Assembly (NCBI GenBank): GCA_951406725.2
Contig: OX597817.1
Coordinates: forward strand, 123,628,001-123,692,000
Direction: 5' to 3'
Source: Octopus vulgaris
Taxonomy: Eukaryota
Length of the DNA stretch: 64,000 bases
How positions within the stretch are numbered: position 1 is the stretch's first letter; each line of letters opens with the position of its first letter. The position numbers and the translations under genes were made by a program. Below are positions 1 through 13,106 of this stretch, piece by piece. Under the pieces are notes generated by a model that did not search any database, had not been told where the DNA came from, and saw only the letters and a program-made list of their open reading frames with translations.

Positions 1-169
1 GCTTCATTCACCCAAACACATGTAAGTTCTTTCTTGTACACTCTTTCTTTCTCTCTCTTCCCACTTCTCTCTTGCTTTCTCCTACTTGGAAGACATGACA
101 ATGTCTCTTATTGTTTCTCTTCTTTTTTCGTAACCACACTAAGGTTACATCTCATTCTTTTGAACAACA

Positions 170-490
170 ACGTTACAACTCAGTAGTTAGAGCATTGAGT
201 TTACAATCATGAAGTAGTGATTTCAATTCCTGGACCAAACTCTGTGTTGTGTTCTTGAACAAGACATTTTATTTCACATTGCTCCAGTCCACTCAGTTGT
301 AGAAACGAGTTGTGACGTCACTAGTGCCAAGCTGTATTGGCCTTTCCCTGTACATTGGTATGGAGATGAGACATTGTTATGCATGAGCAACTGCTGGTCT
401 TCCACAAGGGAACCTCGTCCCGGATTTGTGCATCAGAGAGTAACTTTCTAGGTGCAATCTCATGGTGATTCATGACTGAATGATGTCTTT
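170..490 (+). mobile_element. diverged tRNA-derived SINE (family C: body 2 + tail 3)
   Basis: tRNA-like head (cagtagttagagcattg...tttcaattcctggac), body gttcttgaacaagacattttatttcacattgctccagtccactcag shared with 39746 and 42577 copies; its tail recurs reversed at 46755-46890. Confidence 0.7.
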
Positions 491-688
491 ATTATAACTC
501 TCTTTTTCTAATATTTTTCCTTCCTTGAGTAACCACATCGATGTTCTCTCACACGTCACCCACCATTTAATAGCATTTTTCTCCTAGTTTTACTTCATAG
601 AGATACCCAACATCCATCTCTTGAATAACCACAACTAGGTTCATTCTTTCTCCTTACTTTTGTTTTGGTATCATAGCCACATATGAGA

Positions 689-740
<52 letters not shown>

Positions 741-772
741 ATCTTTCATTTGAATGAGTTTTTTTATCTTTC

Positions 773-1188
773 ATCTCTTACTTATTTCAGTCATTGGACT
801 GTGGCCATACTGGGGCACCGCCCTGAGTTTTGTTGAATAAATTGAGCTTAATTACTTATTTTTAAAGACTGGTGCTTATTTTATCAGCCTCTTTTGCCAA
901 ACTACTACATTACAGGAATGTAAACAAACTATCACCGGTTGTCAAGTTCTGCAGGAAAAACAAAAACACACACGTACGCACACACACACACGCACACACG
1001 CACACAAACTCACATACACACACATAAATATGACAGGCTTCTTTAGGTTTCTGTCCATCATATCTACTCATAAGGATTTGGTCAAACCAAGGTTATAATA
1101 CAAGACACTTGCCCAAGGAATGAAGCAGTAGAACTGAACCAGAAACCATGTGGTTGTGAAGCAAACTTCTTACCACAGAGCCACACTG
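773..1188 (-). mobile_element. diverged CORE-type SINE (family A)
   Basis: reverse-complement of the family A consensus seen at 38350-38758, including aagacacttgcccaagg core and internal (CA)n. Confidence 0.8.
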
Positions 1189-1419
1189 AATATATAGAGA
1201 TTCTCTACCTGATTTATATGTAATATGTGATGAATACACTAGAAGTTTATGAAGGTCATCACACACTTTTTATTACACACAGAAAGGTATTTTGCTTCTC
1301 TTATACCTGTAATGCTTTTGGAATTAACACAAAGCTCATAAATTCAAGCAATGCTTTTCCCAGTTCACGAAAGCAGAGGGTCTTTATGCCTTGGCAATAG
1401 AAAACAAACCAATATCATT

Positions 1420-1422
<3 letters not shown>

Positions 1423-1499
<77 letters not shown>

Positions 1500-1504
1500 T
1501 AGGA

Positions 1505-1542
<38 letters not shown>

Positions 1543-1660
1543 TGTATGTATTTATATCTATATATATATAAGTGAGCATACATGCTCACATATACCTACA
1601 TTCATATACATATATGTATACATACATTCCTACATGCATATATGTGTGTGTGTGTGTGTT
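1423..1660. repeat. compound (TA)n/(TG)n microsatellite
   Basis: directly visible. Confidence 0.95.
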
Positions 1661-2495
1661 ATTCATTGTGTTAAATTTCATTCTTTACTTGTGAACATTT
1701 CAAACAAATGCTAATGAAAATATCATTTGTATTATATATATATTGCTCAATTAAATTCTTGAAAATTTCAAATAATTTTGGCTATAGAATTAATGTTTTT
1801 GAATTACGCAAGCTTCAGCATACAAGTTTTATTTTTTTCTCTCTCTCTCTTTCTGTAATGAAAGGAAGTGATTTTCAGAAATTAGTATGCGATAATGAAT
1901 TCGCAAGAATGATCTTGCAATCATTTTCATGTGTAATTAAATAGATTGATAGTTGAATGAACAATAGAATAACTTGATGGTCTATACATGATATATCTCT
2001 TCTCTTACACACTTCATGAATACATGCAGATTATATGAATATATAAATATAAATACATAAGCCAGTGTATGTATATGTATATATATGTGCATATATGTTT
2101 TACTTGTTTTAATGTATGCATATATATATATATATATATTCATACAAAGACATGCCTTTATGTATAAATATACATACACATACATGTATGTATGCATGTG
2201 TGAGTGTGTATATGACATGAAGGATATAAATATGTTTATGAACACAGGTAGTTCCACACACATAGATGAATATTTGGCCCAATTCTTTTCCCTTTGCACA
2301 GGAAATTTTATACGTCGCCACCACCCCCAACTTTGCAAACATATTCTTCTCACAAACCCTTAGAAAAGATTGAATGTCTCAACATTAAATCACTGAATAA
2401 AATATGTGGTTAACCATTCAAATAAACTGCAAAATGTGTTCATATTTTTGTGAATTCATTGTATGCATGTGTATGTATATATATATGTATGTATG

Positions 2496-2536
<41 letters not shown>

Positions 2537-2993
2537 TTGTACATATTCATATATATGTGTATGTGTGTGTGTGGATGTGCACACACAAACAGACACACAC
2601 AAGTCAGTTTGCCACCGTTCATCAGAGCAAGGGAGACCAACATTTAAATAATAGAGCTCATACAATGCTTAAGAATAGTTAAAACACCTAGCTCAGATTT
2701 GCTATTTTCTTAGGGCTTCATATTGAAATAAATTTCATGATATGAGTATGTATATACAAATGCTTTTATATATATATATAAATATATATGATATAACTAA
2801 TATATATATATATATATATATATACATACATATACATATGCATATGTATATGTATATATATATATATATATATACACATATATATATATATATATATACA
2901 TATAAATAAATATAAATATATATATAGTTATAGTCATATATGTATATTAAGGTATTTATGTATATATAGTCATGAATGTATATATGTATATAT

Positions 2994-3186
2994 ATCATCA
3001 TCATCATCATCATCATCATTGTTTAACATCCGTTTTCTGTGCTAGCATGGGTTGGACGGTTTGACCGGGGTCTGGGAAGCCAGGGGCTGCACCAGGCTCC
3101 AGTCTGATCTGGCAGTGTTTCTACAGCTGGATGCCCTTCCTAACGCCAACCACTCCGCGAGTGTAGTGGATGCTTTTTACGTGCCA
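2994..3186 (-). mobile_element. RTE-clade LINE 3' end with (GAT)n tail
   Basis: (CAT)n followed by gtttaacatccgttttc..gctagcatgggttggacgg..ggatgcccttcctaacgccaaccactcc; the same 3'UTR follows RTE-type coding sequence at 29160-29670. Confidence 0.8.
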
Positions 3187-3196
3187 TATATATATA

Positions 3197-5035
3197 TGGA
3201 AAAAAGTAAAGGTAGATACATATGGAAAAAAGTAAAGGTAGAAAATGCTAAAATGATTTTATAAAAAACATTTCAGTATCGGTTTCAGTCATAGACACTT
3301 TTTCAACTGTAAGTATGGAAAGCAATTAAATTTTGGAAAAATTAAAAGTAAAGTTTTTAAAAGAATATTTGCATAGTATTCAAATACAAGGGGCATTTTC
3401 CTTGTTTCTGCCTGTCTCTGTCTCTCTTGTTTAATCATTTGGGTTTGAGGTCATTGTGAATTCTTGTCAGGGAAGGAGAAGAAGAAGGAAAAGAAGAAGA
3501 AGAATGAGGGAGTGCCATGATAGTAGTAGGATGTTAAATGGTCAAGTGCCCTGAAAGTGACTTGTTGTGGATGGTAGTAGTGATTGAATTCTTGAGACAT
3601 CTCTTTTGAATATATTGTTTATAAAATTTGCGTAGGTGTTATTCTAAACAGCAATAGTGGTGAAGTTAGGCAGGAGCTGATGGGAGGAAGGTGAAATGGG
3701 AGGTGAAAAAGAAGGAAAAAGAGAAGGAAGAATAATAGAGGAATGGGATCCGTGCTGAGCCATCCTTTTATGTAGACTGTTTTTTGTTTGGCCTATGTAT
3801 TGTTCTTGACACCCAGAGCCGGTTAATGTGTATATCAGGTTCTCTAAAGCACATGTGAAGCTGCTTTTTACTGTGAAACATTGTCCCTGTTTGAAGGGGA
3901 ACTCTGATCCCTCAATTAAAGTGACTCGTTTTCCACAGTTGGGTCTTCTGCAATTTTTTTTTTCTGACAGCCTCTGTGTTGTTGAGCATATTCGGGCTTG
4001 TGTTAGGAAACTTTTCATAGATTTGGGTTCTCTTGCTTTTTATGATGTTGTGTGTTTGGAGGATTAAGTTCATTCTGTGGTCCTTTTTTAGCAGGGGAAT
4101 GTTTTGAAGGATGGTGTCGAAGGCTTCATTGTTAAAGGGTGTGTGTGGAGATGTATGGTAGAACTTTTGGTTGTAAATCCTTCTTTGATTTGGGATGTTT
4201 GAGTTTGTGGATGTTGAGTTAAAGGGCACTTGAAAGCATATGTCAATTAATGAAGGTGGGTAGTTCCTGGTGATAAGTGTATCCTTTAGTTCATGTAGTC
4301 GTGTATCTCTGGTGTTTGCATTAGAAGCTATAGTACATATCTTTTTGCTAGGTTGGAGGGGATGTTCATTCTGGTGTGTCTGAGGTGGTATGATATTGCT
4401 TGGAGTCCGTGGGCTTATAGTATATATCTGTTTCTATTACGTTGTTAGATTTCTTAATGAGGATGTTGAGGAAGGGAAGTTGTTGATGGCTATATTTACG
4501 TCAAGTCCATTTATAAGTGCATCGAATTCTTTAAGTCTTTCTATATTTCCAGGTCAAAAAATAAAACAGCCATCCAGGTATCTCTTCCAGTTATTTTCTA
4601 TGTAGAGGGAGAATGGGCTGCCGTATTTTTCTAGAACCTTACGGTAAAGACTGATTTCTAGATATCCCATGACTAGGTTAGTGAAGGAGGGGCCATTCTC
4701 GTACCCATCACAGTCCCCAATTTTTGTCGATAGAATTTGTCTTTGAAGACGAAGTAGTTATTCTCCAAGATGAATTTTAGCCCTTCTATCACGAATTCTT
4801 TTTTGATTCGATGTGGGGGTTCGTTGATGTAATTCTCTAGCCAGAATTGAATTGCCTCTATTCATAGGTTGTGGGGGATATTGGAATAGAGTAGGGTGTT
4901 TTTGTTTATTGTTTCAGGAAGGTGATTGGGCATATCCAGGTCATCCCTTATATAGCTTTTGACATGCTTGAGGAATTGTTTTAAGAGGGTATCTAAAAAG
5001 TTACTGAGGTCGATGGTTTCACATGCGGGACCTGT
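3197..5035 (-). mobile_element. decayed Penelope-like element (probably Neptune-type): RT + Cys linker + GIY-YIG endonuclease + 3' pLTR
   Basis: minus-strand RT motifs YIRDDLDM (~4930-4955), LYSNIPH (~4872-4892), RQKLGTVMGTRMAP (~4690-4730), WKRYLDGC (~4567-4589); ORF 3644-4018 has CRRPNCG..FTC..NLIYTL..C...YIGQT..L..RM..H (GIY-YIG); frameshifts and stops present. Confidence 0.9.
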
Positions 5036-5854
5036 ATAGATCAGACAAGATAAATTTGGGGTAGAGAATTTATGATCAGGTGCCCTTCCTTTTGTAAATT
5101 TTCATTTATTCTCAAGCAAGGTTATAATCTCCCTAGCTATCAAGCAGCAAACAACCCAGAATTGTCAGCAAGGGCACTACTTACAGCCAGCACACATGGT
5201 TGAAGTTCATTTCCACTAACACACACGTACATTTGATGGGTTTCCTTCATTCTCTATCTTTAAAATACACTCTCATATATCACTCTCATATATGTATGTA
5301 TGTGTGTGCATGCATATCACTCTCATATATGTATGTATGTGTGTGCATGCATGCATGCGCGTGTGTATATGTATAGAATATATACATGCAATATAAGATA
5401 TGTACTTATATAAGTTGAAAATTCCTAGACTGTCTTACTTTTTCACTTCTGTGTGAAACATACATCAACTTCATATTTTTTGACATTCTTTTATTTGTGA
5501 ATTATGGAAATATCATTGAGTTTACAACACCCCAATACAGGCACCAGACTTCTTCTCTTGAATCATATTTATGTGAATTACATTAGAATTAATGCTCGCA
5601 CACACACACACACTAGCACTTACATATGCGTGCATGCACACACATACACAAGCACTTACATATGCATGCACACACACACATACAGTAGTTTGGAATTAAT
5701 GAGCACAAAAGTATTACATGTAATCATTTAAATGAAATTCTGTATGATTGATTACACTCTAAATTCACGCTGAAAGATGCTAAATTATACATAATTCTGT
5801 GACATGTGTGAAGAGGTTGTCATATCCACAGAGCAATGCAATGATTATAGAATC

Positions 5855-6035
5855 AAAGAACAGCATGTTAGATTTACTCATTAAAAAAACGCCTTGCAAT
5901 TGTTTCTGTAGCATAACCACTTCATCAGAGAAAAGTAAGATCATTAATTCATGCTACATTTTCTGATGAAGTGATCATGGCTTAGAAACAATTGTCAGAA
6001 TATTTATCATTGAATAAATCTTCCTTGTTTTCTTA
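5855..6035. repeat. diverged inverted repeat carrying two back-to-back hammerhead-like motifs (Penelope pLTR relic)
   Basis: + strand 5959-6000 CTGATGA..GAAA-CAATTG-TC; minus strand 5893-5932 CTGATGA-AGTGGttatgCTAC-aGAAA-CAATTG. Confidence 0.6.
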
Positions 6036-6149
6036 TAATTACTTAATCATTATATTGATAGACATAAATACATTATATATGTGAGTGTGTTTGTGTATGT
6101 GTGTGTTTGTGTGTGTGTGTTTGTGTGTGTGTGTATACATAAAGATGTA

Positions 6150-6530
6150 TAATTAAAGTCAAAAAGAGGGTGAAAAAATTGGATATTAATTTAATAACAT
6201 CAATTTAAACACCAGTGGCCTAGCGTATAAAAGACTGAGATTCAGTAAATATTATTAATACACAACTATGAGAGAAAATCCACTATATGAACGCTCTTAC
6301 GCTAGATATAAATCCGCAAAGGATCTCAACCACTAAGAATTGTTCTCAAGAAATAATTCATGGGGTTAATCTATATTTTCGTTATTTTTCATTTGTCCTG
6401 CTCGCTTACGTTCTTGGTTTGCTGAATTATTTCTTGAGAACAATTCTTAGTGGTTGAGTCCCTTTGCAGATCTATATCTAGCGTAAGAGCGTCCACATAG
6501 TGGATTCTCTCTCATAGTTGTGTATTAATA
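6150..6530. repeat. inverted repeat, ~108-bp arms (6253-6360 / 6423-6530), ~62-bp spacer; probable Penelope terminus
   Basis: tattaatacacaactatgagag...aagaaataattca versus tgaattatttcttg...ctctcatagttgtgtattaata; flanked by TG/TA microsatellites. Confidence 0.85.
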
Positions 6531-7038
6531 AAGATGTATGTATATATATATACACATACATATATATATACACATACATATTTTTATGTATGTATATGTA
6601 TGTATTTAAATATATCTATATGCAGACACACATATTTGTCTCGATGCTGCAGTTGGTTTATTTTAACACACACTCTCAGATCAAAGCATTTGCTATACTC
6701 GAACATCATCAAGTTGATTCTGAAACTGCTTGTTCAATCTCATATCAAAATTATAAGCCAATATTTCTATTCAAGCCCGCAATTTACCTCAGCATAATCA
6801 TTCAACCAACTAGATTTGTCGGCTACCTCCCTTCTTAGGGTGCCCTTTTCTTCTAAGGAAACAAACTATGTACAATGAATAAATTACTTGTTTGAAATGG
6901 ACATAACAGGTGTTTGTGTTGACTGGAATACTTTCAACTGGAGGATTGACTAAAGCAAGTCAAGCAATCTCTAAAAAGAAGGCAATGAAGATGCACATAT
7001 ATGGATGCTTGGCCTAATAGAAATAGCATTCAAAATAA

Positions 7039-7269
7039 GGCGGCGAGCTGGCAAAAATGTTAGCACATTGGGCGAAATGCTTAGCGATGTTTCATCTGCC
7101 ATTATGTTCTGAGTTCGAATTCCGCCGAGGTCGACTTTGCCTTTCATCCTTTCGGAGTCGATAAATTAAGTACCAGTTACATATTTAGGTCGATGCAATC
7201 GACTTAATCCCTTTGTCTGTCCTTGTTTGCCCCCACTATGTTTAGCCCTTTGTGGGCAATAAAGAAATA
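7039..7269 (+). mobile_element. SINE family B with TSD
   Basis: ggcggcgagctggc..gagttcgaattccgccgaggtcgactttgcctttcatcctttc..; flanking duplication agaaatagcat(t/c)caaa. Confidence 0.9.
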
Positions 7270-7702
7270 AGAAATAGCATCCAAATATTTAACATACAAT
7301 ACTCTTATGTATTAAGTAAAATTTTCTTCATATAGACTGGTTGCTGCAGAAAATAAACAATGATAAAAACAATGAGTAATTTAGCCTTTAAGTTTGAATA
7401 ACATTCGACAGAAATATCCTCTTAATACTATTACAAGAGTTGTTACTTGTATTTATGGTTTCCTACAGTAACAAAATTCCTGGTGAATGTTGGCTTCTTT
7501 GAAATATGAAAATAAGGAAATGTTTCAGAAAGATAATATGTTAGGGCAAAAAAAGATTGGTTTGATGACAAATTGTTAAATATATAAGATTAATATCTAG
7601 ATTTGTTAATATTGGTTTGGTCACTTATTGACAGACTAAGTAATCTAAATTTTTATTTGGAAACCAAACATCATATATACACAGTTTATGTATCGGTATG
7701 TT

Positions 7703-7765
<63 letters not shown>

Positions 7766-7772
7766 GCATATA

Positions 7773-7806
<34 letters not shown>

Positions 7807-8807
7807 AGTGTGTATGTATATAATATATATATATGTGTATTCACTCCCACACACATATTTTTGTTATATGTATATATTTATATATAGTTATATTTATATG
7901 CATACACACACACACACACACATACATATATATATATATGCTTAAGTATCTATATGTATATATCTATGTAGAGAGAATGATTTACATACACACATGCACA
8001 TACAGAGTATGGAATATACACACACACACATGCATACACAGATACACATACATATATACATACATTTCTAAATATATGTATGTATATGATCACACGAACA
8101 CACACATATACATATATATATATATATATATATATGCATATATTCATTTATATAGATATAGATACATAGATATATATATGTGTATGCATAAATACATATA
8201 CACACTCATATATTCTCTGCGAGTGTGTTTGCATCTCTGTATATGCCTGTGTGTATGTGTGTGCGCACAGTATATTTTCCCTTATCTCTCTGAGAAATTT
8301 GTCACTTTTTAATGTTTTACTATAGTGTTATTACATTATATACACTAATGGCTCGAGATGTCAGAAAGTTAATGGCCAAGATGACATTGCCAATAACATT
8401 TTCTTCTTTAATTTTACTTTTTTTTTGCTTTACTTTATTTTTTTGTTGTTGTTTTATCAAATATAGCCTTCCTTTCTCCTGATTTCTCCTGATTTTTCCT
8501 GATATATAATGTAATATCTTTGATAATAATGAAGATTCTTTGTTTCTCAAATGAAACCCATCAAATAAATTATGACATTGATTTTCTTTGTATTGACTTT
8601 GGCATGTGGTCAATGTTTAACAGGGCAAGAATATGGTTAAGTAAATTAGCTAAAAAGGGGGTTTGTATGTGGTCCCTTGACATGCCATAAGTAGCAGCCA
8701 CATTTCCCTTCTTCAAATCACACTTAGTAGGACCCAGTGGATAATTTCAGTCTTAGCTTCATGCTGAACCTTTCAGATGGGATGATGATTGACTGAGATA
8801 CCTGGCA

Positions 8808-9117
8808 CCTTGCTGTACTCAAGAAGACCTGTACTTCACAGCAGAAGTCTTCAGGCTGGTTCCCTGGTGAAGAGAATTGATCTGCAAGAGTCTTGTGCTG
8901 GTGTCACATAGAAAACGCTTGTACCAGTGTCATGTAAAAGCACTCAGCACACTTTGTGAGGTGGTTGGTGTTAGGAAGGGTTTTTAACCATAGAAACCAT
9001 ACCAAATCAAACTGGAGCTTAGTGTAGCTCTAACGCTTGTCAGCTCTGATTAAACCATTCAACCCATGGCATGATGATGATGACGACGACGACGACGACG
9101 ACGACGACGATGATGAT
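8808..9117 (+). mobile_element. RTE LINE 3' end with (GAT/GAC)n tail
   Basis: gtggttggtgttaggaaggg..aacccatg..gatgatgac tail. Confidence 0.7.
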
Positions 9118-9379
9118 TATTCACTACTTGAATAAGAGTAGCCTTATTTGGTCCTATTTGAAATATTGTTTCACAATATGAATGCTTTATCATTTCACAC
9201 CTGAGGTTAAATAGCATAACAATTACATTGTATTTCAGTTTAATGGTGTTTAATATTTATTTCAAACTATCAAAAGACCTTTCCAAATATTTTTGGTTTA
9301 TTTGTACTTTCTCAGAGGAAAGTAAGAAAATGAAAACATGTATATATTAGATAATAATCAGTTAGAAACATAAATAGGG

Positions 9380-9860
9380 ACCAACTCACCTTAACATCAC
9401 ATCCTGTTATTTGAAAGAAAAGAATAATTTGGAGAATTAAATCCAAGATATGTCTGAAAATAAAACTGGATAATCATGACTGGAATACCTTTAGCCATAA
9501 GTATGTTTGAACGGAAGGTTGACACAGGAGCTAAATAACTCTGACTAGTAATTATTTTGTTGATTTCAGAAAGAGGGAGAAAATAAAGAATTCAAAGAGA
9601 ACAAGAATTAATGCCCATAATAATTCTACTGTTTCTTCTTGCTCATTACTCCAAGGATATGAGAGATCCTCGACGTGGTCCTTCAGTTTGTCAGAAACAG
9701 CAGAAAAATATTTCTTAAATCACAGTGTGTTCACTTCCAAAATGAAAAACGCATTGAAAATATTATTCTGGATACACATAGAATTAAGATGGTCATGGTT
9801 GGAATACCTGTGATTATAAATATTCTCAGTCAAGGTTGAACTGTTGTTTAACAATAACAC
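9380..9860 (+). repeat. two diverged copies of an interspersed repeat (family D)
   Basis: shared ..aaatcacac/acatcacat..ggtcatggttggaatacct.. segments; related pieces at 13010-13095 + 13510-13620, 17620-17690 and 42850-43000 (-). Confidence 0.5.
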
Positions 9861-11181
9861 TTTTTTTCTTAATTAAATTCTACTCTCAAGTACATTTAAT
9901 AAAGTCCAAGGCCAACTGCTGTCAAGAATAATGTAAAACAATGGAATAAATTTACCAAAGGACATTACAGGTATTTATTCTATTGACTCCAGTGGGATGG
10001 AAAGCAAAGGTAAAATTCTTTGCAGATTTGAAGACCAAAAGCTCATAAAAAAATAAATGAAATAAAGATAAAAGTAAAAAATTAAATTCTGTATTGCAGT
10101 AATTGAGAAATTGGTTTTGTGTCTTTGTGGTGCCAAAATTCCAATGTATTGTTAGAGTGTCACAGTGAGACAAGTCGTTAAGATGCCAAAAGGTAAATTG
10201 GATTAAGGATTTTAAGTTTGTATCATGTCACTAGTGCAGTATTGCATCCTTGTCAAAGACAATTAAGTTTCAAAGATTCAATCAAACTAGCTGTAAATAT
10301 TTGCTGTAGGATGTTATATTTCACTGCTGTCAGCTGCAGATGTATGTACTGTATAACTAACTAATAAGCAATTTAAACAGCTAGCTGAACTGTGTCTATT
10401 GCAAAGCTAACAATATATTGACATTTTTATCTGTCTTCAAACAGTTACAGCTAAGTTGAAGGTTCTTTTTGAATTTGCTTCTCATCATCATTGCTACAAT
10501 GTGTCATTGTTACAATGAGTCAAAAGTATTTAGCACACAATCCCAATTTAGATATATTTCCCTCTTTCTTTCTTCCTTTCTTTCTTTCTTTCTTTCCATT
10601 CTTTTCTTTTTTCTTTTCTCATAATCTTTAAATGGTCTCACACAAAAAATAACATGACCAAATTGGGGCACCACCTCAAAGAATTTCAGTTGAATGTATT
10701 GCCCCACTACCCTGGTCCTTATTAGTTTTTAAATCTGTTACTTATTCTATTGGTCCCTTTATTTTTTTCCCTAACTGCTAAGTTATGGGGACATAAATAC
10801 ACCAACACCATTTATGAAGTGATGGTGGAGGACAAACATAGACAAAAATACACGCACACACATATCTGTCTATATACATAATTTTTCCAATGCAAACAGG
10901 AAAATGAGAACTCAAAACATGAGTATATATACTTTTATTAATATCTAGTAAAAGCAAAAGAATGACCCTTAGCCCTTGAGTCTAAGTAAAATAGAAACCA
11001 ATCAAATTGGCCACAGTTTCTTTTTTTCACAGTGAGATAAACCTATAACATTAACACTATGTTTGAATTAATGCTAACTTGAGGTTGGATATCTATAACA
11101 ACTGTGATAACAATGACCGATATACTGGGTTATGTGCTGTGAAATACAGTATGTCCAATATAATATACTATAAAGAATATT

Positions 11182-11395
11182 CTTTTCTACTCTAGGCATA
11201 AGGTCTAAAATTTTTGGGGAGAGGACCGGTCGATTAGATCAACTCCAGTACTCAACTGGTACTTGATTTATCGATCCTGAAAAGACGAAAGGCAGAGTCA
11301 ACCTCAGAGGAATTTGAACTCAGAACATAAAGACAGACAAAACACTGCTAAGCATTTCACCCGGCATGCTATAGTTTCTACCACCTCACCACCTT
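11182..11395 (-). mobile_element. SINE family B variant
   Basis: reverse complement of family B head and central module (ggtacttgatttatcgatcctgaaaagacgaaaggcagagtcaacctc). Confidence 0.75.
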
Positions 11396-11400
11396 ACTAT

Positions 11401-12216
11401 ACTCTTTCTCTTTCACTCTTTTACTTGTTTCAGTCATTTGACTGTGGCCATGCTGGAGCACCGCCATTAGTCAAGTAAATTGACCCCAGAGCTTATTCTT
11501 TGTAAGCATAGTATTTATTCTATCGGTCTCTTTTGCTGAACCACTAAGTTACGGGGGCGTAAACACACCAGCTTCAGCTGTCAAGCAATCTTGGGGGCAC
11601 AAACACAGACACACAAATCTATACACACACACATACACACACATACATAACATATGTGTATATATATATACTCTTTTACTTGTTTCAGTCATTTGACTGT
11701 GGCCATACTGGAGCACCGCCTTTAGTCGAGAAAATCGACCCCAGGACTTATTCTTTGTAAGCCTAGTACTTATTCTATTGGTCTCTTTTGCCAAATCGCT
11801 AAGTTACGGGATGTAAACACACCACCATCGATTGTCAAGTGATGTTGGGGGGGGGGGACAAAGACTAACACATAAACAGACACACACATATATACGACGA
11901 GCTTCTTTCAGTTTCCATCTACCAAATCCACTCACAAGGCTTTGGTCGGCCCGAGGCAATAGTAGAAGACACTTGCCCAAGGTGCCATGCAGTGGGACTG
12001 AACCCAGAACCATGTGGTTGGTAAACAAGCTACTTACCAAACAGCCACTCCTGCGCCTATGCGACGGGCTTTTTCAGTTTTCTTCTACCAAATCTACTCA
12101 CAGGGCTTTTGTCGGCCCGAGGCCATAGTAGAAGACACCTGCCCAAGGTGCCATGCAGTGGGACTGAACCCGGAACCATGTGGTTCATAAGCAAGCTACT
12201 TACCACACAGCCACTC
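11401..12216 (-). mobile_element. tandem/nested family A SINEs (tail 11401-11650, full copy 11671-12057, head 12061-12216)
   Basis: repeated tail (cttttacttgtttcagtcatttgactg) and repeated head (gaagacacttgcccaaggtgccatgcagtgggactgaacc); consistent with one copy inserted in the internal microsatellite of another. Confidence 0.9.
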
Positions 12217-13106
12217 TAACACCTATAGAGAATATTAAACATTTTTATAAGTCAGTACTGTATTCTACTGTGTTAGCAGTGTGCTTTAGCAAACCTTAAC
12301 AAGTAATATTTTTATATTTTTAATATCTCTATCCATAAGTATGTTTTGAACTAACAGATAGAAAAAAAATTTTACACTATCTTAAAAGTATTATATTCCA
12401 GTTAATGCCTAAATTAGCTAAGGAATGGCAGAATACTAAAAAGAAACAAAACAAAAGATAAGAGAAATAGAAGTAATGCTGGGATTACACACACATCAAT
12501 TCATGTATCTTCTTCTGCCAAGGTGAAGCCAGTTTTCTGAATTTAGATGATTTATAAAATATTCTATTATCAAACTTTTCCCAAGTTGATAATGGAGTAT
12601 TTATGTATCTTCTTCATAGTTGGATGCATATGAATATCAAATTTAAGTTATCTACATAACCATTTCCATTAATTTTTCCAAAATCCTCCCCAGTGCAATT
12701 TCTCTATTTTGTAGGACCTTTCTAACCTATAATCTCTCCATTCATTCATTCACTAACATTAAAAAGGTTGTGTCAGCTCTGACAGCACTAAAGAAAATCC
12801 CTTCTTCCCTGAATTGTCTCTATAATTATTATAGTAGCTAATTTGGTTTTAAGAAATGTCTAATCATCCTTGCTCTAACTAGTCAACTATTAGGTATATG
12901 AATAAAGCCAGGAATTTGTTGAAGCAAACACTTAATAAGCAAGCTTAGATGTTTGACTTGAAGCAGAGTAGAGACAATACAATTACAAAGGATTCTGTGT
13001 GAGAGAGAGCATTTAGGTTGTGAATCAGCTTGCGAGAAATGAATGCTAAATCTCTCTCAAATCACAATTTAACATGTGAAGAAAAAGGAAGTATATATTA
13101 AGTATA

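Noticed and set aside
12480-12970. Possible LINE endonuclease relic (GEDF-like trace on minus)
   Set aside because: Too degenerate to support
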